Of a stretch of 31,005 bases of DNA, positions 18,019-28,004 are shown piece by piece. This DNA is from Bacteroidales bacterium. Its GTDB lineage: Bacteria > Bacteroidota > Bacteroidia > Bacteroidales > F082. The position numbers and the translations under genes were made by a program. The first letter of the stretch is position 1. The number at the start of each line of letters is the position of its first letter. Under the pieces are notes generated by a model. The model searched no databases, was not told where the DNA came from, and worked only from the letters and a program-made list of their open reading frames with translations. The stretch is taken from positions 1 through 31,005 of the forward strand of contig CAAGMM010000123.1 of assembly GCA_900771045.1 (NCBI GenBank), written 5' to 3'.

Positions 18019-19865
18019 TATTTCAGGTTTTTTTCGGCTTTGATTATCGCATCTATACCTTGTTTATATAACGAATCCATTTTTTCTTCTGCTGTTCCCG
18101 GTGCGAAGCGGGCGAATTCGCAGGCGTTCAGTAGTCCGACGAAGTTTTCGATAACGTCTGACGGTGCTTTTTTGGCGGTCATCATATCTCTGACGGTGTC
18201 CATCGACAGTTGCGAGCGGGCGATGTTCAGTTTGTCGGAGATGTAACCCCACAAGGCCTGGGAAAATTCCTCGTAGAAGTTGTCCTGTTTTTTTTCATTC
18301 ATAAACTCGAAGGCTTTTTTGAGACGTTTTTTCGCCGTCTTCGTCGCCTTTTTATTTCTGACGAGCACTTCGTTTTGGTTGAATTTGTGAATTTTCTTAT
18401 CGAGACAGAGTGCCAATATCAGAATGGCGAACAGGATGAATATCAACACAAAATAGGCTGAACTGCGATAAAACGCGTTGCCTTGTTCAACTAAACGCGT
18501 ATCAGCCGTGTTGATATGCTGGATGTCGTTACCTATATATTTAATGTCTTCCTGTCCGGAATGATAAACGACGTTGCCTCCGTTTTCGCTGCCTTTTGCC
18601 ACGTGCATCTGATAACCGTCGGATTGGAGTGTGACGTATTTTGCATTCTGCGGGTCGAAATACGAAAATTCGACGGGTTTGATGTCGAAGTCGCCTGCTG
18701 AGCGTGGGATAATCACATACTCAACGGTTTTCGTTCCGCTTATGCCGAAGCTGTTGTTTTTGGTCTTGGTATTGATTTTCGGGTCGTAAACTTCGAAATC
18801 CGGAGGGAGATCGGGTTTCGGCATATCGAAAAGTTCGATGTTTCCCTTGCCTGAGACTGTGAAGACGAGTGTAAAGGCCTCATTAGCCTTCAATTCGGTC
18901 TTATCAATCTTTGACGTGAAGTTATATTGCCCGACGGCACCTTGGAAGCTCGCCGGTTTGCCTTCCGTCGGAAGTGGTTTCACCTCTATTTCAATAGGTT
19001 GCGACTGTATTTCTCTTTTCACGGTGGAATAGCTGTTGCTAAAAACGTCGTTGAAAAAGTTGTCGAACGGGTCGTAACCGTTTTGACGGCTGTTTGGATT
19101 TTTGACTTGAGTGTAGCAAGTAAGTGCGAGCGGGTCGATTTTCAACGTCCCGACAGATTGCGGAATCGTGACGACCTCCATAATGGAAGCCGTTTGATAT
19201 TGTTTTCCGCCGACCGAAATCGTTGACTGCTGTGGCGCACCGTTGTTATCCGTTATGTCTTTCGTCCAGAATTTGGCATACGACGGCGACTTGCTGACTT
19301 GCAGCTGTGACACGGGAACGCTGAAATACAGTCTGTAGGTTATAAGGTTTTGTTCGCCGAGATAGAGTGTCTTCTTGTTCGGGGAGCCTTCGACAAAGAT
19401 GTCGCGGCCGTCGGATGCTGCCTTATTATTAGGTTGTTGGCCTTGTCTGCGAACAGTCGCGTTGTTAGGATTATTTCCGTTTGCCGAGACGGAAACCTCA
19501 AATTCCTCGCTTTTGACCTTTTCACCGTCGATAACGGCGTAGGCTGGGGCGATCTTGAAGGTCCCTTCTTCTATCGCGACCAAATAATAAGAGTAAGTCT
19601 TTGTCTGGCTTTTCGTTATGGAGCCGTTGATAATCTGGACGCTTGAACTTGAAGACTGATAAGGGCCGCCGACGAGTTGGAAATGTGGGAAGTTCGGTGC
19701 GCGGAAGTCCTTACTGTCGCCGTTTACCTCGAACGAAATCTGGAACTGTTCGTTGAGCAGCACGTTTCGCTTACATTTGACCGTGATGCCGTCGTCCTGG
19801 GCGAAAACGCTTATCGAGACGGCTGTCAGAAATATGAATAAACTAAATATTCTCCTCATAATCAA
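18018..19865 (-). CDS. batD: BatD family protein
   Basis: GPYQSSSSSVQIING, VKPLP...F.GAVG, DFEVYDPK, ALWGYISDKLNI and CEFARFAP motifs. Confidence 0.92.
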   Translation of the reverse strand: MIMRRIFSLFIFLTAVSISVFAQDDGITVKCKRNVLLNEQFQISFEVNGDSKDFRAPNFPHFQLVGGPYQSSSSSVQIINGSITKSQTKTYSYYLVAIEEGTFKIAPAYAVIDGEKVKSEEFEVSVSANGNNPNNATVRRQGQQPNNKAASDGRDIFVEGSPNKKTLYLGEQNLITYRLYFSVPVSQLQVSKSPSYAKFWTKDITDNNGAPQQSTISVGGKQYQTASIMEVVTIPQSVGTLKIDPLALTCYTQVKNPNSRQNGYDPFDNFFNDVFSNSYSTVKREIQSQPIEIEVKPLPTEGKPASFQGAVGQYNFTSKIDKTELKANEAFTLVFTVSGKGNIELFDMPKPDLPPDFEVYDPKINTKTKNNSFGISGTKTVEYVIIPRSAGDFDIKPVEFSYFDPQNAKYVTLQSDGYQMHVAKGSENGGNVVYHSGQEDIKYIGNDIQHINTADTRLVEQGNAFYRSSAYFVLIFILFAILILALCLDKKIHKFNQNEVLVRNKKATKTAKKRLKKAFEFMNEKKQDNFYEEFSQALWGYISDKLNIARSQLSMDTVRDMMTAKKAPSDVIENFVGLLNACEFARFAPGTAEEKMDSLYKQGIDAIIKAEKNLK

Positions 19866-19869
19866 TTAT

Positions 19870-20607
19870 TTACCAATCTTTTTGTATTCTTCTCTTTGGA
19901 AGAGCCGCCGCTTTCTTCCCGTTTTGGTCTTCCATAACCTCTTTTTCCTGATTTTCGAGAGCCTGCAGGATTCTTTCGGCCTCTTCCTTGGAAATATCCT
20001 GTTGCTGCTGGTTTTGCTGTTGTTGCTGGTCTTCCTGCTGTTTGTCTTGATTTTCTTCTTGATCTTCTTCCTGATTTTGTTCTTGCTGCTGTTCTTGTTG
20101 TTGCTGTTCCTCCTGATTTTCCTGATTTTTATCTTTGTTTTCTTCCTGATTTTGTTGTTGTTGTTGCTGTTGTTGAACGATCAATTTTTGTCTCGCGTAC
20201 TCGTAATTATACTTTGCGTCTGCGTCATCAGGATTGATTTTCAACGCATTCCTATAAGATTCCATTGCTTCGGCGTATTTTTCCTGTGAAAGGAGCGAAT
20301 TGCCGAGGTTGTAATAAGCATCCGCCTGCGAGCCATCGTCCGACTTACGTTGTGAGATGCTCTTGAATGAATTGGCGGCTTCGTCGTACTTTCCCTGCAT
20401 ATACTGGGCGTCTCCGAGGTTGAAATGCGCCTTGGGATTGTACTTTTTCTCCAAAGAATTTTTATAGAGGTTCTCGGCTTCGACGTAATTTTCCTTATCG
20501 TACAAGCCGTTTCCCTTGCGGATCAGCGTTTTATACTGTTGGGCATTCAGTGATGTCGCCGAAAGGCACATCATCAGCATCAATAACTTTATCTTACTTG
20601 TCATCAT
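19870..20607 (-). CDS. batC: BatC (TPR protein with Q/E-rich linker)
   Basis: TPRs, Q/E/N low-complexity stretch, ISKEEAERILQAL and C-terminal KDW. Confidence 0.9.
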   Translation of the reverse strand: MMTSKIKLLMLMMCLSATSLNAQQYKTLIRKGNGLYDKENYVEAENLYKNSLEKKYNPKAHFNLGDAQYMQGKYDEAANSFKSISQRKSDDGSQADAYYNLGNSLLSQEKYAEAMESYRNALKINPDDADAKYNYEYARQKLIVQQQQQQQQNQEENKDKNQENQEEQQQQEQQQEQNQEEDQEENQDKQQEDQQQQQNQQQQDISKEEAERILQALENQEKEVMEDQNGKKAAALPKRRIQKDW

Positions 20608-21652
20608 TAGGCTCGAAAAATTTGAATTTTGACTCCCATTGTCTTTTTCCTGAAGAGATGAGCAGTTCGATTATCAGGAAGAAGACCGCCGCGCCTACGA
20701 ACCACTGGAACTGGTCGTCGTAGTCGGTAAAGACCTTCGTTTCTATCTCTGCTTTCTCTATTTTGTCGATGTTGTTATAAATTTCGTCGAGGCCGACGTT
20801 GGAATTGGAGGCGCGCACGTACATTCCGTCTCCGATATTGGCCAACTGCCGCAGGATATTCTCATCGAGTTTGGTAATGACGGTGTTGCCTTCTTTGTCC
20901 TTTTTATATCCGATTCTCTGTCCGTACTTGTCGAAAACCGGTATCGGTGCGCCTTCGTCGAGGCCTATACCTATGGTATATACCTTGATTCCCAACTTGG
21001 CGACGTCTTGGACGGCTTTGACGGCGTCTCCGTTTTCGTGGTCTTCGCCATCTGAGAATATTATTATAGCTTTGTTCCTCTCATCTTTCCCGAACGACTT
21101 AGCCGCGAGTTCGACGGCCTCTCCGACCACCGTTCCCTGGTTCGGGATCAAGTCGGTGCTGATGGTTGAAATGAAGAGTTTTGCGGCGGAATAATCCGTC
21201 GTGATAGGCAGTTGGACGTATGCGCTTCCGGCGAACACGATAACTCCGATGCGGTCGCCGTTAAGTTTGGAGATCAGGTTGTTGATTGCCTGTTTCGTGC
21301 GTGCGATACGGCTTGGCTGAATATCTTCGGCGTTCATCGAGTTGGAAATATCGACGCAGAAGAAGATGTCTATTCCCTCGCGTTTCACTTCTTCCATCTT
21401 GCTGCCCGTCTGAAGGTTGGCGAGACCCAATATCCCGCAGGCGAACACGAGGCACAGCAGGACGAATTTCAAAGTCTGCCTTCCTCCGGAATATTTCGGC
21501 ATCAGGATGCCGCGTTGCGATATGGCGGCGAAGCGTGCAAACATATTCTTGCGCCACATTCTCACGGCGATATAGGCAATCACGAGTACCGGAATCACGA
21601 GGAGCCAGTACAGATATTCAGGGTGTTCGAATTTTAATATTTCTGTTTCCAT
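20594..21652 (-). CDS. batB: BatB (VWA domain)
   Basis: MIDAS DISNSM, AEDIQPSR, FAGSAYVQLPITTDY and SDGEDH motifs. Confidence 0.92.
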   Translation of the reverse strand: METEILKFEHPEYLYWLLVIPVLVIAYIAVRMWRKNMFARFAAISQRGILMPKYSGGRQTLKFVLLCLVFACGILGLANLQTGSKMEEVKREGIDIFFCVDISNSMNAEDIQPSRIARTKQAINNLISKLNGDRIGVIVFAGSAYVQLPITTDYSAAKLFISTISTDLIPNQGTVVGEAVELAAKSFGKDERNKAIIIFSDGEDHENGDAVKAVQDVAKLGIKVYTIGIGLDEGAPIPVFDKYGQRIGYKKDKEGNTVITKLDENILRQLANIGDGMYVRASNSNVGLDEIYNNIDKIEKAEIETKVFTDYDDQFQWFVGAAVFFLIIELLISSGKRQWESKFKFFEPNDDK

Positions 21653-21655
21653 CGC

Positions 21656-22654
21656 CTATTCATTTACAGTTCTAAAAACAGTGTTTTTCAATAGCAAAGC
21701 CAAAGCCAGAGCCGCCAGAGCCCATGCCGCGAAAGGATAAAACTCCTCGCTGACGCGCTTAAACTCGGTGACTTCGATTTTTGACCTTTCGAGTTTGTCA
21801 ATTTGTCCGTAGATGTCTTCAAGGCCTTCTTTCGACGTGGCGCGATAATACCGTCCGCCGGTCTCGTCGGCGATATGTTGGAGAAGTTCTTCGTTTATCA
21901 CGACGGGAATCTGCTGATACTGAACGGTTCCGAAAGGAGTCTGCACGGGATAAGGGGCGGTTCCGTTTTTGCCGGCGCCGATGGTGTAAACCCTTATGCC
22001 GAACAATTTGGCGAGTTCGGCGGCGGTGTTGGGGTCAATGCTGCCCCTGTTGTTGTCGCCGTCCGTCAGGAGGATGACCACTTTTGAAACGGCATCACTG
22101 TCTTTCAATCGGTTAACGGCTGAAGCAAGTCCGTCGCCGATGGCGGTGCCGTCTTCAAGAAGTCCGCACGACATATCCTTAATCATATTCTGCAGCAGTC
22201 CGTGGTCGGTTGTGAGCGGGACTTGCGCGTAAGTGTCTCCGGCGAACACGACGAGTCCCATTCTGTCGTCCGGGCGGCCTTCGACGAACTCCGAGGCGAC
22301 CGTTTTGGCGGCTTCGAGTCTGTCGGGTTTAAGGTCGCAGGCGAGCATACTGCTCGATATGTCCATTGCGAGCATTATATCGATGCCTTCGACGTTGACG
22401 TCCTTGCTCACGGAGCTTTTCTGCGGGCGCGCCATCGCCACAATCATAAGTGAGAGGGCGAACATTTCAAGTGCGAACACCGAGTGCCGCAGGTAGATTT
22501 TATAGCTTCGCGGAAGTTTGGTGAAGAACGAGGTGTCGGAAAACCTCAGCGACGGGTTCGTCTTGTTGTGGAGAAACACATAAAGCGTTATCAGGATTGG
22601 GATTATCAGCAGAAGATAAAGCCAGTTCGGAGACGCAAACTCTAATCCGTTCAT
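21656..22654 (-). CDS. batA: BatA (VWA domain)
   Basis: BatA N-terminal TM, MIDAS DISSSM, PLTTDH, GTAIGDGLA and LLTDGDNN motifs. Confidence 0.93.
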   Translation of the reverse strand: MNGLEFASPNWLYLLLIIPILITLYVFLHNKTNPSLRFSDTSFFTKLPRSYKIYLRHSVFALEMFALSLMIVAMARPQKSSVSKDVNVEGIDIMLAMDISSSMLACDLKPDRLEAAKTVASEFVEGRPDDRMGLVVFAGDTYAQVPLTTDHGLLQNMIKDMSCGLLEDGTAIGDGLASAVNRLKDSDAVSKVVILLTDGDNNRGSIDPNTAAELAKLFGIRVYTIGAGKNGTAPYPVQTPFGTVQYQQIPVVINEELLQHIADETGGRYYRATSKEGLEDIYGQIDKLERSKIEVTEFKRVSEEFYPFAAWALAALALALLLKNTVFRTVNE

Positions 22655-23622
22655 TGTTTTTCCTCCTTTCTTGCGGCTTCGATACGAGCCTTTTCCTCGG
22701 CCCAGCGGTATGTTCCTTCGATGAAGGCATTCGTATCATCGAAATCGGCCCTGCCCGTTTCAGGCGAAGGCGCTGCTTTGGCGAACTTCACCAAGTCGGC
22801 TGTCGTCAGGGTCTCTTTCAGCTTCATTATCAGATTTTCGTCAATCTTGTTTTCAGAGACGGAGGCGAGAATCTCGTCGGAAGTCATCTCAACGGCATCG
22901 ATAAAGAATTGTCCTTCAAGATATTCCCTCACCACGTCAGTCAGTTCGGTGTAATACTGTTTGACGTCGTGGATGTTCCAGCGTTCCTGTTCGCGGATCT
23001 CCGTCATCTTGGCGCGGGCAGTCACGATGGCCGGAATCTTGGGGGCTTCCTTAGCCTTTTCCGTTTTGACTGTAGTCGGATTTTTCTTTTTCTTGACGAG
23101 GAGATAAACTAAAACCGCCAAGCCCGCCAAGACGACTACGGCTCCGGCTATTTCAGACACTTCGACTATCGTAATCGACTGTCGCTGAGGCACTCTGATC
23201 GGTTTGAAGCTTTGCGTCGTATCAACGGCGGCGGCGTTGACGAAGACTGTCAGCGCGCGTGTCGAGGCGGTGTTGTTGAGAATCGAATCGCGGCCGTAGC
23301 TGAAAGTCTGCGACGGAATCTCCGTTTCACCGTCTCCGAAAGCGGAAAGGACGAGCCTTCTCGACTGCATTTCACCTTTTTTCTCGATCTCGCCCACTTC
23401 GACGATTTCGACATCTTCCGTCAAGGTGTCGCCGAACTCAGGCCATTCGACAACTGTCTCATTATCAGGCAGAACGAGTACAATATCGAAATTAAACCTT
23501 TGTCCGACGCTGACCGTATCCGCGTTGAGTTTGGCTTCCGCACGCAGATACTGCGCATCGACATTGTAGAATGTCGAAAACATGAAAACAAACGTCAATA
23601 TTGCCAAAAACTTCTTCATCAT
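22651..23622 (-). CDS. Conserved membrane protein of the bat operon
   Basis: Signal peptide, one TM segment, YYTELTDVVREYLE, A.EMTSDEIL and ADLVKFAK; lies between DUF58 and batA. Confidence 0.85.
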   Translation of the reverse strand: MMKKFLAILTFVFMFSTFYNVDAQYLRAEAKLNADTVSVGQRFNFDIVLVLPDNETVVEWPEFGDTLTEDVEIVEVGEIEKKGEMQSRRLVLSAFGDGETEIPSQTFSYGRDSILNNTASTRALTVFVNAAAVDTTQSFKPIRVPQRQSITIVEVSEIAGAVVVLAGLAVLVYLLVKKKKNPTTVKTEKAKEAPKIPAIVTARAKMTEIREQERWNIHDVKQYYTELTDVVREYLEGQFFIDAVEMTSDEILASVSENKIDENLIMKLKETLTTADLVKFAKAAPSPETGRADFDDTNAFIEGTYRWAEEKARIEAARKEEKQ

Positions 23623-24497
23623 CTTCTTGATTCTCTCCTTTTAAAAAGCTGCATCAATGGTTTGACATAATCAGAATTGGTGTAAATCAATGAGTTGTCT
23701 ATACCGTTATTGGTAAAGACGCGTCCTAACCGGGTCTCGAGTCTCTGCACGTATTTCTGGTAAGCCTCGCTCCAAGCCGGATGCGACGTATCGACCCAAA
23801 CATCTTTACCCGTTTCGGCATCGTGAAACATAACGAGACCCATTCGCGGGATGATGAACTCGCGGTTATCGGTGATTCTCAGTGCCACGAGGTCGTGTTT
23901 GCCGGCCGCGATGCGTATCTCCTTGTCGAAAGGCTTTTCCGTCATAAAGTCGGAGATGAGGAAGGCGGTCGTTCTCTTTTTGATTGCGGAAGTCAGGAAG
24001 CGCAGGCCTTCGGCTATATCGGTGCCCTTATGTTGAGGCTTGAACGACACGATTTCGCGGATTATCCTGAGGATGTGGCTTGAGCCTTTCTTTGGTGGAA
24101 TGAACTTCTCAATGATGTCGGAGAAGAAAATGACGCCGACTTTGTCGTTATTCTGAATGGCAGAGAAGGCGAGTACGGCTGCGAGTTCGGCGGTGAGGTC
24201 TCTTTTTGATTCGAGGCCTGATCCGAAATCGTTTGAGCCGGACACATCGACGAGCAGCATGACCGTCATCTCGCGTTCTTCCTCAAAAATCTTAACGAAA
24301 GGCTTGTTCAGTCTGGCCGTGACGTTCCAGTCGATGTTGCGCACGTCGTCACCATACTGATAATCACGCACTTCGCTGAACATCATACCTCTTCCCTTGA
24401 ACGCGCTGTGGTATTGTCCGGAAAAGATATGGTTTGACAGGCCTCTCGTCTTGATTTCTATCTTCCTTACCTTTTTAAATAACTCAGATGCTTCCAT
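23619..24497 (-). CDS. DUF58 domain protein (MoxR partner)
   Basis: GQYHSAFKGRGM.FSEVRDYQYGDDVRNIDWNVTAR, FEEERE, ISDF. Confidence 0.95.
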   Translation of the reverse strand: MEASELFKKVRKIEIKTRGLSNHIFSGQYHSAFKGRGMMFSEVRDYQYGDDVRNIDWNVTARLNKPFVKIFEEEREMTVMLLVDVSGSNDFGSGLESKRDLTAELAAVLAFSAIQNNDKVGVIFFSDIIEKFIPPKKGSSHILRIIREIVSFKPQHKGTDIAEGLRFLTSAIKKRTTAFLISDFMTEKPFDKEIRIAAGKHDLVALRITDNREFIIPRMGLVMFHDAETGKDVWVDTSHPAWSEAYQKYVQRLETRLGRVFTNNGIDNSLIYTNSDYVKPLMQLFKRRESRR

Positions 24498-24500
24498 TTT

Positions 24501-25493
24501 TTACGGAACTTCGACTATATTGAGTATCTCGTTGATTATCTGTTCTGTCGTGACGTTTTCGGCTTCTGCCTCGTATGTCAGGCCGATACGGTGGCGCAGC
24601 ACATCGGGTGCGACGGCGCGCACGTCTTCGGGAATGACGTAGCCTCTGCGTTTGATGAAGGCGTATGCCTTCGACGCGAGCGCGAGGTTGATGGACGCAC
24701 GCGGAGAACCGCCGTAGCTTATCATCCCGTTGAACTTCTTGATTTTATATTCTTCGGGGTAACGAGTCGCGAAAACAATATCGGTGATATAATTCTCAAT
24801 CTTCTCATCGAGATAGACTTCGCGCACGACTTCACGCGCCTTGACGATGTCTTCGACCCTTGCGACCTTGTTGACAGTCGGGAACGACTTATTGATATTC
24901 TGTCGGAGAATCAGTTTTTCCTCTTCTTTTTTAGGATAATCTATCACGACTTTGAGCATGAAACGGTCAACCTGCGCTTCAGGGAGCGGATAAGTGCCTT
25001 CCTGCTCGATAGGGTTCTGCGTCGCCATAACGAGGAACGGGTTCGGCAGTGCGAAAGTCTGTTCGCCTATCGTCACCTGATGTTCCTGCATAGCTTCGAG
25101 GAGAGCGCTCTGGACCTTTGCGGGCGAACGGTTTATCTCATCGGCGAGGACGAAGTTGGCGAAGACGGGGCCTTTGCGCACCACGAATTCCTCTTTCTTC
25201 TGGCTGTAGATAAGCGTTCCGATGAGGTCGGCGGGCAGCAGGTCGGGCGTGAACTGTATTCTGCTGAAATCAGCATCAATAACGCTTGACAAACTCTTGA
25301 TAGCCAATGTCTTAGCAAGTCCGGGAACACCTTCGAGGAGGATATGCCCGTTTGAAAGCAACCCTATGAGGAGTCTCTCGGTCATCTGTTTCTGGCCGAC
25401 GATGACTTTGCTCATCTCAAGGTTGATAAGGTCGATAAATTGACTTTCCCTCTGAATTTTCTCATTCAATTCTCTAATGTCAGTCTCAATCAT
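24501..25493 (-). CDS. moxR: MoxR family AAA+ ATPase
   Basis: Walker A GVPGLAKT, RIQFTPDLLPAD, LADEINR, ATQNPIEQEGTYPLPEAQVDRF. ATG at 25493 preferred over the TTG extension to 25538. Confidence 0.96.
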   Translation of the reverse strand: MIETDIRELNEKIQRESQFIDLINLEMSKVIVGQKQMTERLLIGLLSNGHILLEGVPGLAKTLAIKSLSSVIDADFSRIQFTPDLLPADLIGTLIYSQKKEEFVVRKGPVFANFVLADEINRSPAKVQSALLEAMQEHQVTIGEQTFALPNPFLVMATQNPIEQEGTYPLPEAQVDRFMLKVVIDYPKKEEEKLILRQNINKSFPTVNKVARVEDIVKAREVVREVYLDEKIENYITDIVFATRYPEEYKIKKFNGMISYGGSPRASINLALASKAYAFIKRRGYVIPEDVRAVAPDVLRHRIGLTYEAEAENVTTEQIINEILNIVEVP

Positions 25494-25546
25494 TGTGTGT
25501 TTTTTTATAGTTTTTGTCCTTTTTACTAAATATAACAAACAAATTG

Positions 25547-25637
25547 CAAAATTATTGTTTTTTTCTTATCAATTTACGTAAAAAATCAAGTTTTGGCAAT
25601 AAATTTACGCGACTTTACTGAAAAATCATTATCTTTG
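25547..25637. promoter_or_regulatory. Divergent -7 elements: TAATTTTG (-, 25547-25554, moxR-bat) and TATCTTTG (+, 25630-25637, TBDR-ptrB)
   Basis: Both match TAnnTTTG within an AT-rich intergenic region. Confidence 0.6.
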
Positions 25638-25665
25638 TAGTTTGTAATGTTTATACCTTATTATA

Positions 25666-27993
25666 ATGAGAAAAATAACGAGAGTCATATTTTCAGCTTT
25701 ATTCCTCATGATGGGGCTTTTTGCTTCGGCCCAAGTCAGCGAGAACGCCGTCAAAGGCTTCGTTTACGACAAGGCGACCGGCGAGCCGATAATGTTTTCG
25801 AACATCTACCTCAAAGGGACGATGTTTGGTGCTTCGACCGACGTCAACGGCTATTTCAGCGTGACGAAGGTTCCGGACGGCGACTACACCATTCTCGTAA
25901 CTTTTCTCGGCTACGACACCATCAGTGAGAGTATCTCATTGAAACACAATGATAACATATCGAAAAAATACTACCTCACCGAGGCGAGCGTGCAACTTGA
26001 CGCCGTGCAGATAACGGCTGAAAAAATAGAGGCGAAGACGGAGACCAAGACGTCCGTCATCAACATCACGCCGAAATCCATCGCCAAGATTCCGACTATC
26101 GGCGGGCAACCCGACCTCTCGCAGTATCTGCAGGTCATTCCGGGCGTCATCTTCACCGGCGACCAGGGCGGACAACTCTACATACGCGGCGGCGCACCGA
26201 TACAGAACAAAGTCCTCCTTGACGGAATGATTATCTACAACCCGTTTCATTCCATCGGCCTGTTTTCCATCTTCGACACCGACATCATACGCAATGCGGA
26301 AGTCTTCACGGGCGGCTTCGGCGCTGAATTCGGCGGGCGTATCTCATCGGTGATGGACATCACGACGAGGGACGGCAACAAAAACCGCTTCAGCGGAAAA
26401 GTCGGCGCATCGACATTCGGGGCCAGAGTGTTGCTCGAAGGCCCGCTGAAGAAGGCGAAAAACCCCGACGAATCAGCGATAACGTTCCTCATCTCGGCGA
26501 AAAACTCATATCTTGAGCAGACCAGCGACAACATTTACAGCGGCCTTCTTGATGAGAAACTCCCGTATAACTTCCAAGACATTTACGGCAAATTGTCAAT
26601 CACGTCGCCAAACGGCAGCAAAGTCAACCTCTTCGGATTCCGTTTCGCCGACCAAGTCAACAAATACAAGTCCATCTCCGACTTCAGCTGGGATTCGTAC
26701 GGCGGCGGCGCGAACTTCGTCGTCATGCCCGACAAATCGTCAACGCTCATCGACGGAATCGTGGCCTACTCCGACTACACGACGACGCTTCACGAGGAGA
26801 ACAACCCCGACCGCTCAAGCTCGATAAGCGGCTTCAACGCGGCCTTCAACTTCACGTATTTCATCGGGAAGCACTCGTTGAGATACGGAGTCGAAATGCA
26901 GGGCTTCAAGACTGTCTTCGACTATATGAAGAGCAACGGCGTGCGTATGAACCAGACGGAAAACACCACCGAACTCGGAGCTTATGCCAAATTCAAAGGG
27001 CAAATCGGCAAGTTCATCTTCGAGCCGAGCCTGCGTCTTCAGTGGTACGCCTCATTGTCGGAGACTTCGCTCGAACCGCGCCTCGCGCTCAAATACAACA
27101 TCAACGAATGGTGGCGCGTCAAGGCGGCAGGCGGCATTTACTCGCAGAACCTCATCGCGGCCAACAGCGACCGCGACGTCGTCAACCTCTTCTACGGATT
27201 CCTTTCGGGACAAGAAGGTACTCCTTCGACTTTTGACGGAAAAGACGTCAGCTCGAAACTTCAAAAAGCGATACACTACATTATCGGAACAGAATTCGAC
27301 CTCTCGCCCTTCACCACGCTCAACGTCGAAGGCTATTACAAAGACTTCAAGCAGCTGACGAATATGAACCGCAACCAGCTTTATACGGGCAGCACGCATC
27401 CGCAGGGAACGCCCGAAATTCTGTGGAAGGACTTTATGATAGAGAACGGAAAGGCCTACGGCATCGACGTGTCGCTCAAATACGAACGCAACCGGATGTA
27501 TTTCTGGGCCGCATATTCACTCGCCTACGTCGATAAAAACTACGAGAACGAAGTCGGCGAACTCGTCAACTACCGCACGCACTACGACCGCCGCCACAAC
27601 GTCAACCTGATGGCGACCTACACAGCCGGAGCACGCCGCGAATGGGAGTTCAGCGCACGCTGGAACTTCGGCTCGGGATTCCCATTCACAATGATCGACG
27701 GCTACTACGAACATTATCAGATAACTGATGTCAATATCAACCCATACACTGCGTCGGGCGACCTCGGCATCATCTATAACGACCTCAACAAAGGCGAGAT
27801 GCCGTCATACCACCGCCTCGACCTCGACGTGAAACGCAAAATATCGTTCAGCGAGCACACCACACTCGACATCGACCTCAGCGTGACCAACGTCTATGAC
27901 CACAAAAACATCTTCTACGTCGATGTGGTCAACAACAAAAAGATTTACCAGCTGCCCGTTATGCCCAGCCTTGGTATGACTTTATCATTCTAA
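25666..27993 (+). CDS. TonB-dependent receptor with N-terminal carboxypeptidase-regulatory-like domain
   Basis: Signal peptide, plug (PGV...LYIRGG..QNKVLLDG, GGFGAEFGGRISSVMDITT), barrel strands, YHRLDL, C-terminal Phe. No SusD partner. Confidence 0.92.
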   Translation: MRKITRVIFSALFLMMGLFASAQVSENAVKGFVYDKATGEPIMFSNIYLKGTMFGASTDVNGYFSVTKVPDGDYTILVTFLGYDTISESISLKHNDNISKKYYLTEASVQLDAVQITAEKIEAKTETKTSVINITPKSIAKIPTIGGQPDLSQYLQVIPGVIFTGDQGGQLYIRGGAPIQNKVLLDGMIIYNPFHSIGLFSIFDTDIIRNAEVFTGGFGAEFGGRISSVMDITTRDGNKNRFSGKVGASTFGARVLLEGPLKKAKNPDESAITFLISAKNSYLEQTSDNIYSGLLDEKLPYNFQDIYGKLSITSPNGSKVNLFGFRFADQVNKYKSISDFSWDSYGGGANFVVMPDKSSTLIDGIVAYSDYTTTLHEENNPDRSSSISGFNAAFNFTYFIGKHSLRYGVEMQGFKTVFDYMKSNGVRMNQTENTTELGAYAKFKGQIGKFIFEPSLRLQWYASLSETSLEPRLALKYNINEWWRVKAAGGIYSQNLIAANSDRDVVNLFYGFLSGQEGTPSTFDGKDVSSKLQKAIHYIIGTEFDLSPFTTLNVEGYYKDFKQLTNMNRNQLYTGSTHPQGTPEILWKDFMIENGKAYGIDVSLKYERNRMYFWAAYSLAYVDKNYENEVGELVNYRTHYDRRHNVNLMATYTAGARREWEFSARWNFGSGFPFTMIDGYYEHYQITDVNINPYTASGDLGIIYNDLNKGEMPSYHRLDLDVKRKISFSEHTTLDIDLSVTNVYDHKNIFYVDVVNNKKIYQLPVMPSLGMTLSF

Positions 27994-28004
27994 ATCAATG
28001 AATT

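Noticed and set aside
19995..20176. CAA/CAG/GAA-rich low-complexity tract
   Set aside because: It encodes the Q/E-rich linker normal for BatC. It is not a separate repeat element or a DGR template, since it is in-frame Gln/Glu and has no matching variable repeat.
17230..25493. MoxR-DUF58-BatABCDE cluster as a novel system
   Set aside because: It is the well-known, conserved Bacteroidota Bat operon in its standard order.
25494..25538. N-terminal extensions in the ORF track for moxR (also rdgB 13137-13148 and mvk 1957-1962)
   Set aside because: They start at TTG/GTG in AT-rich leaders or inside the upstream gene; the downstream ATGs match the family N-termini better.
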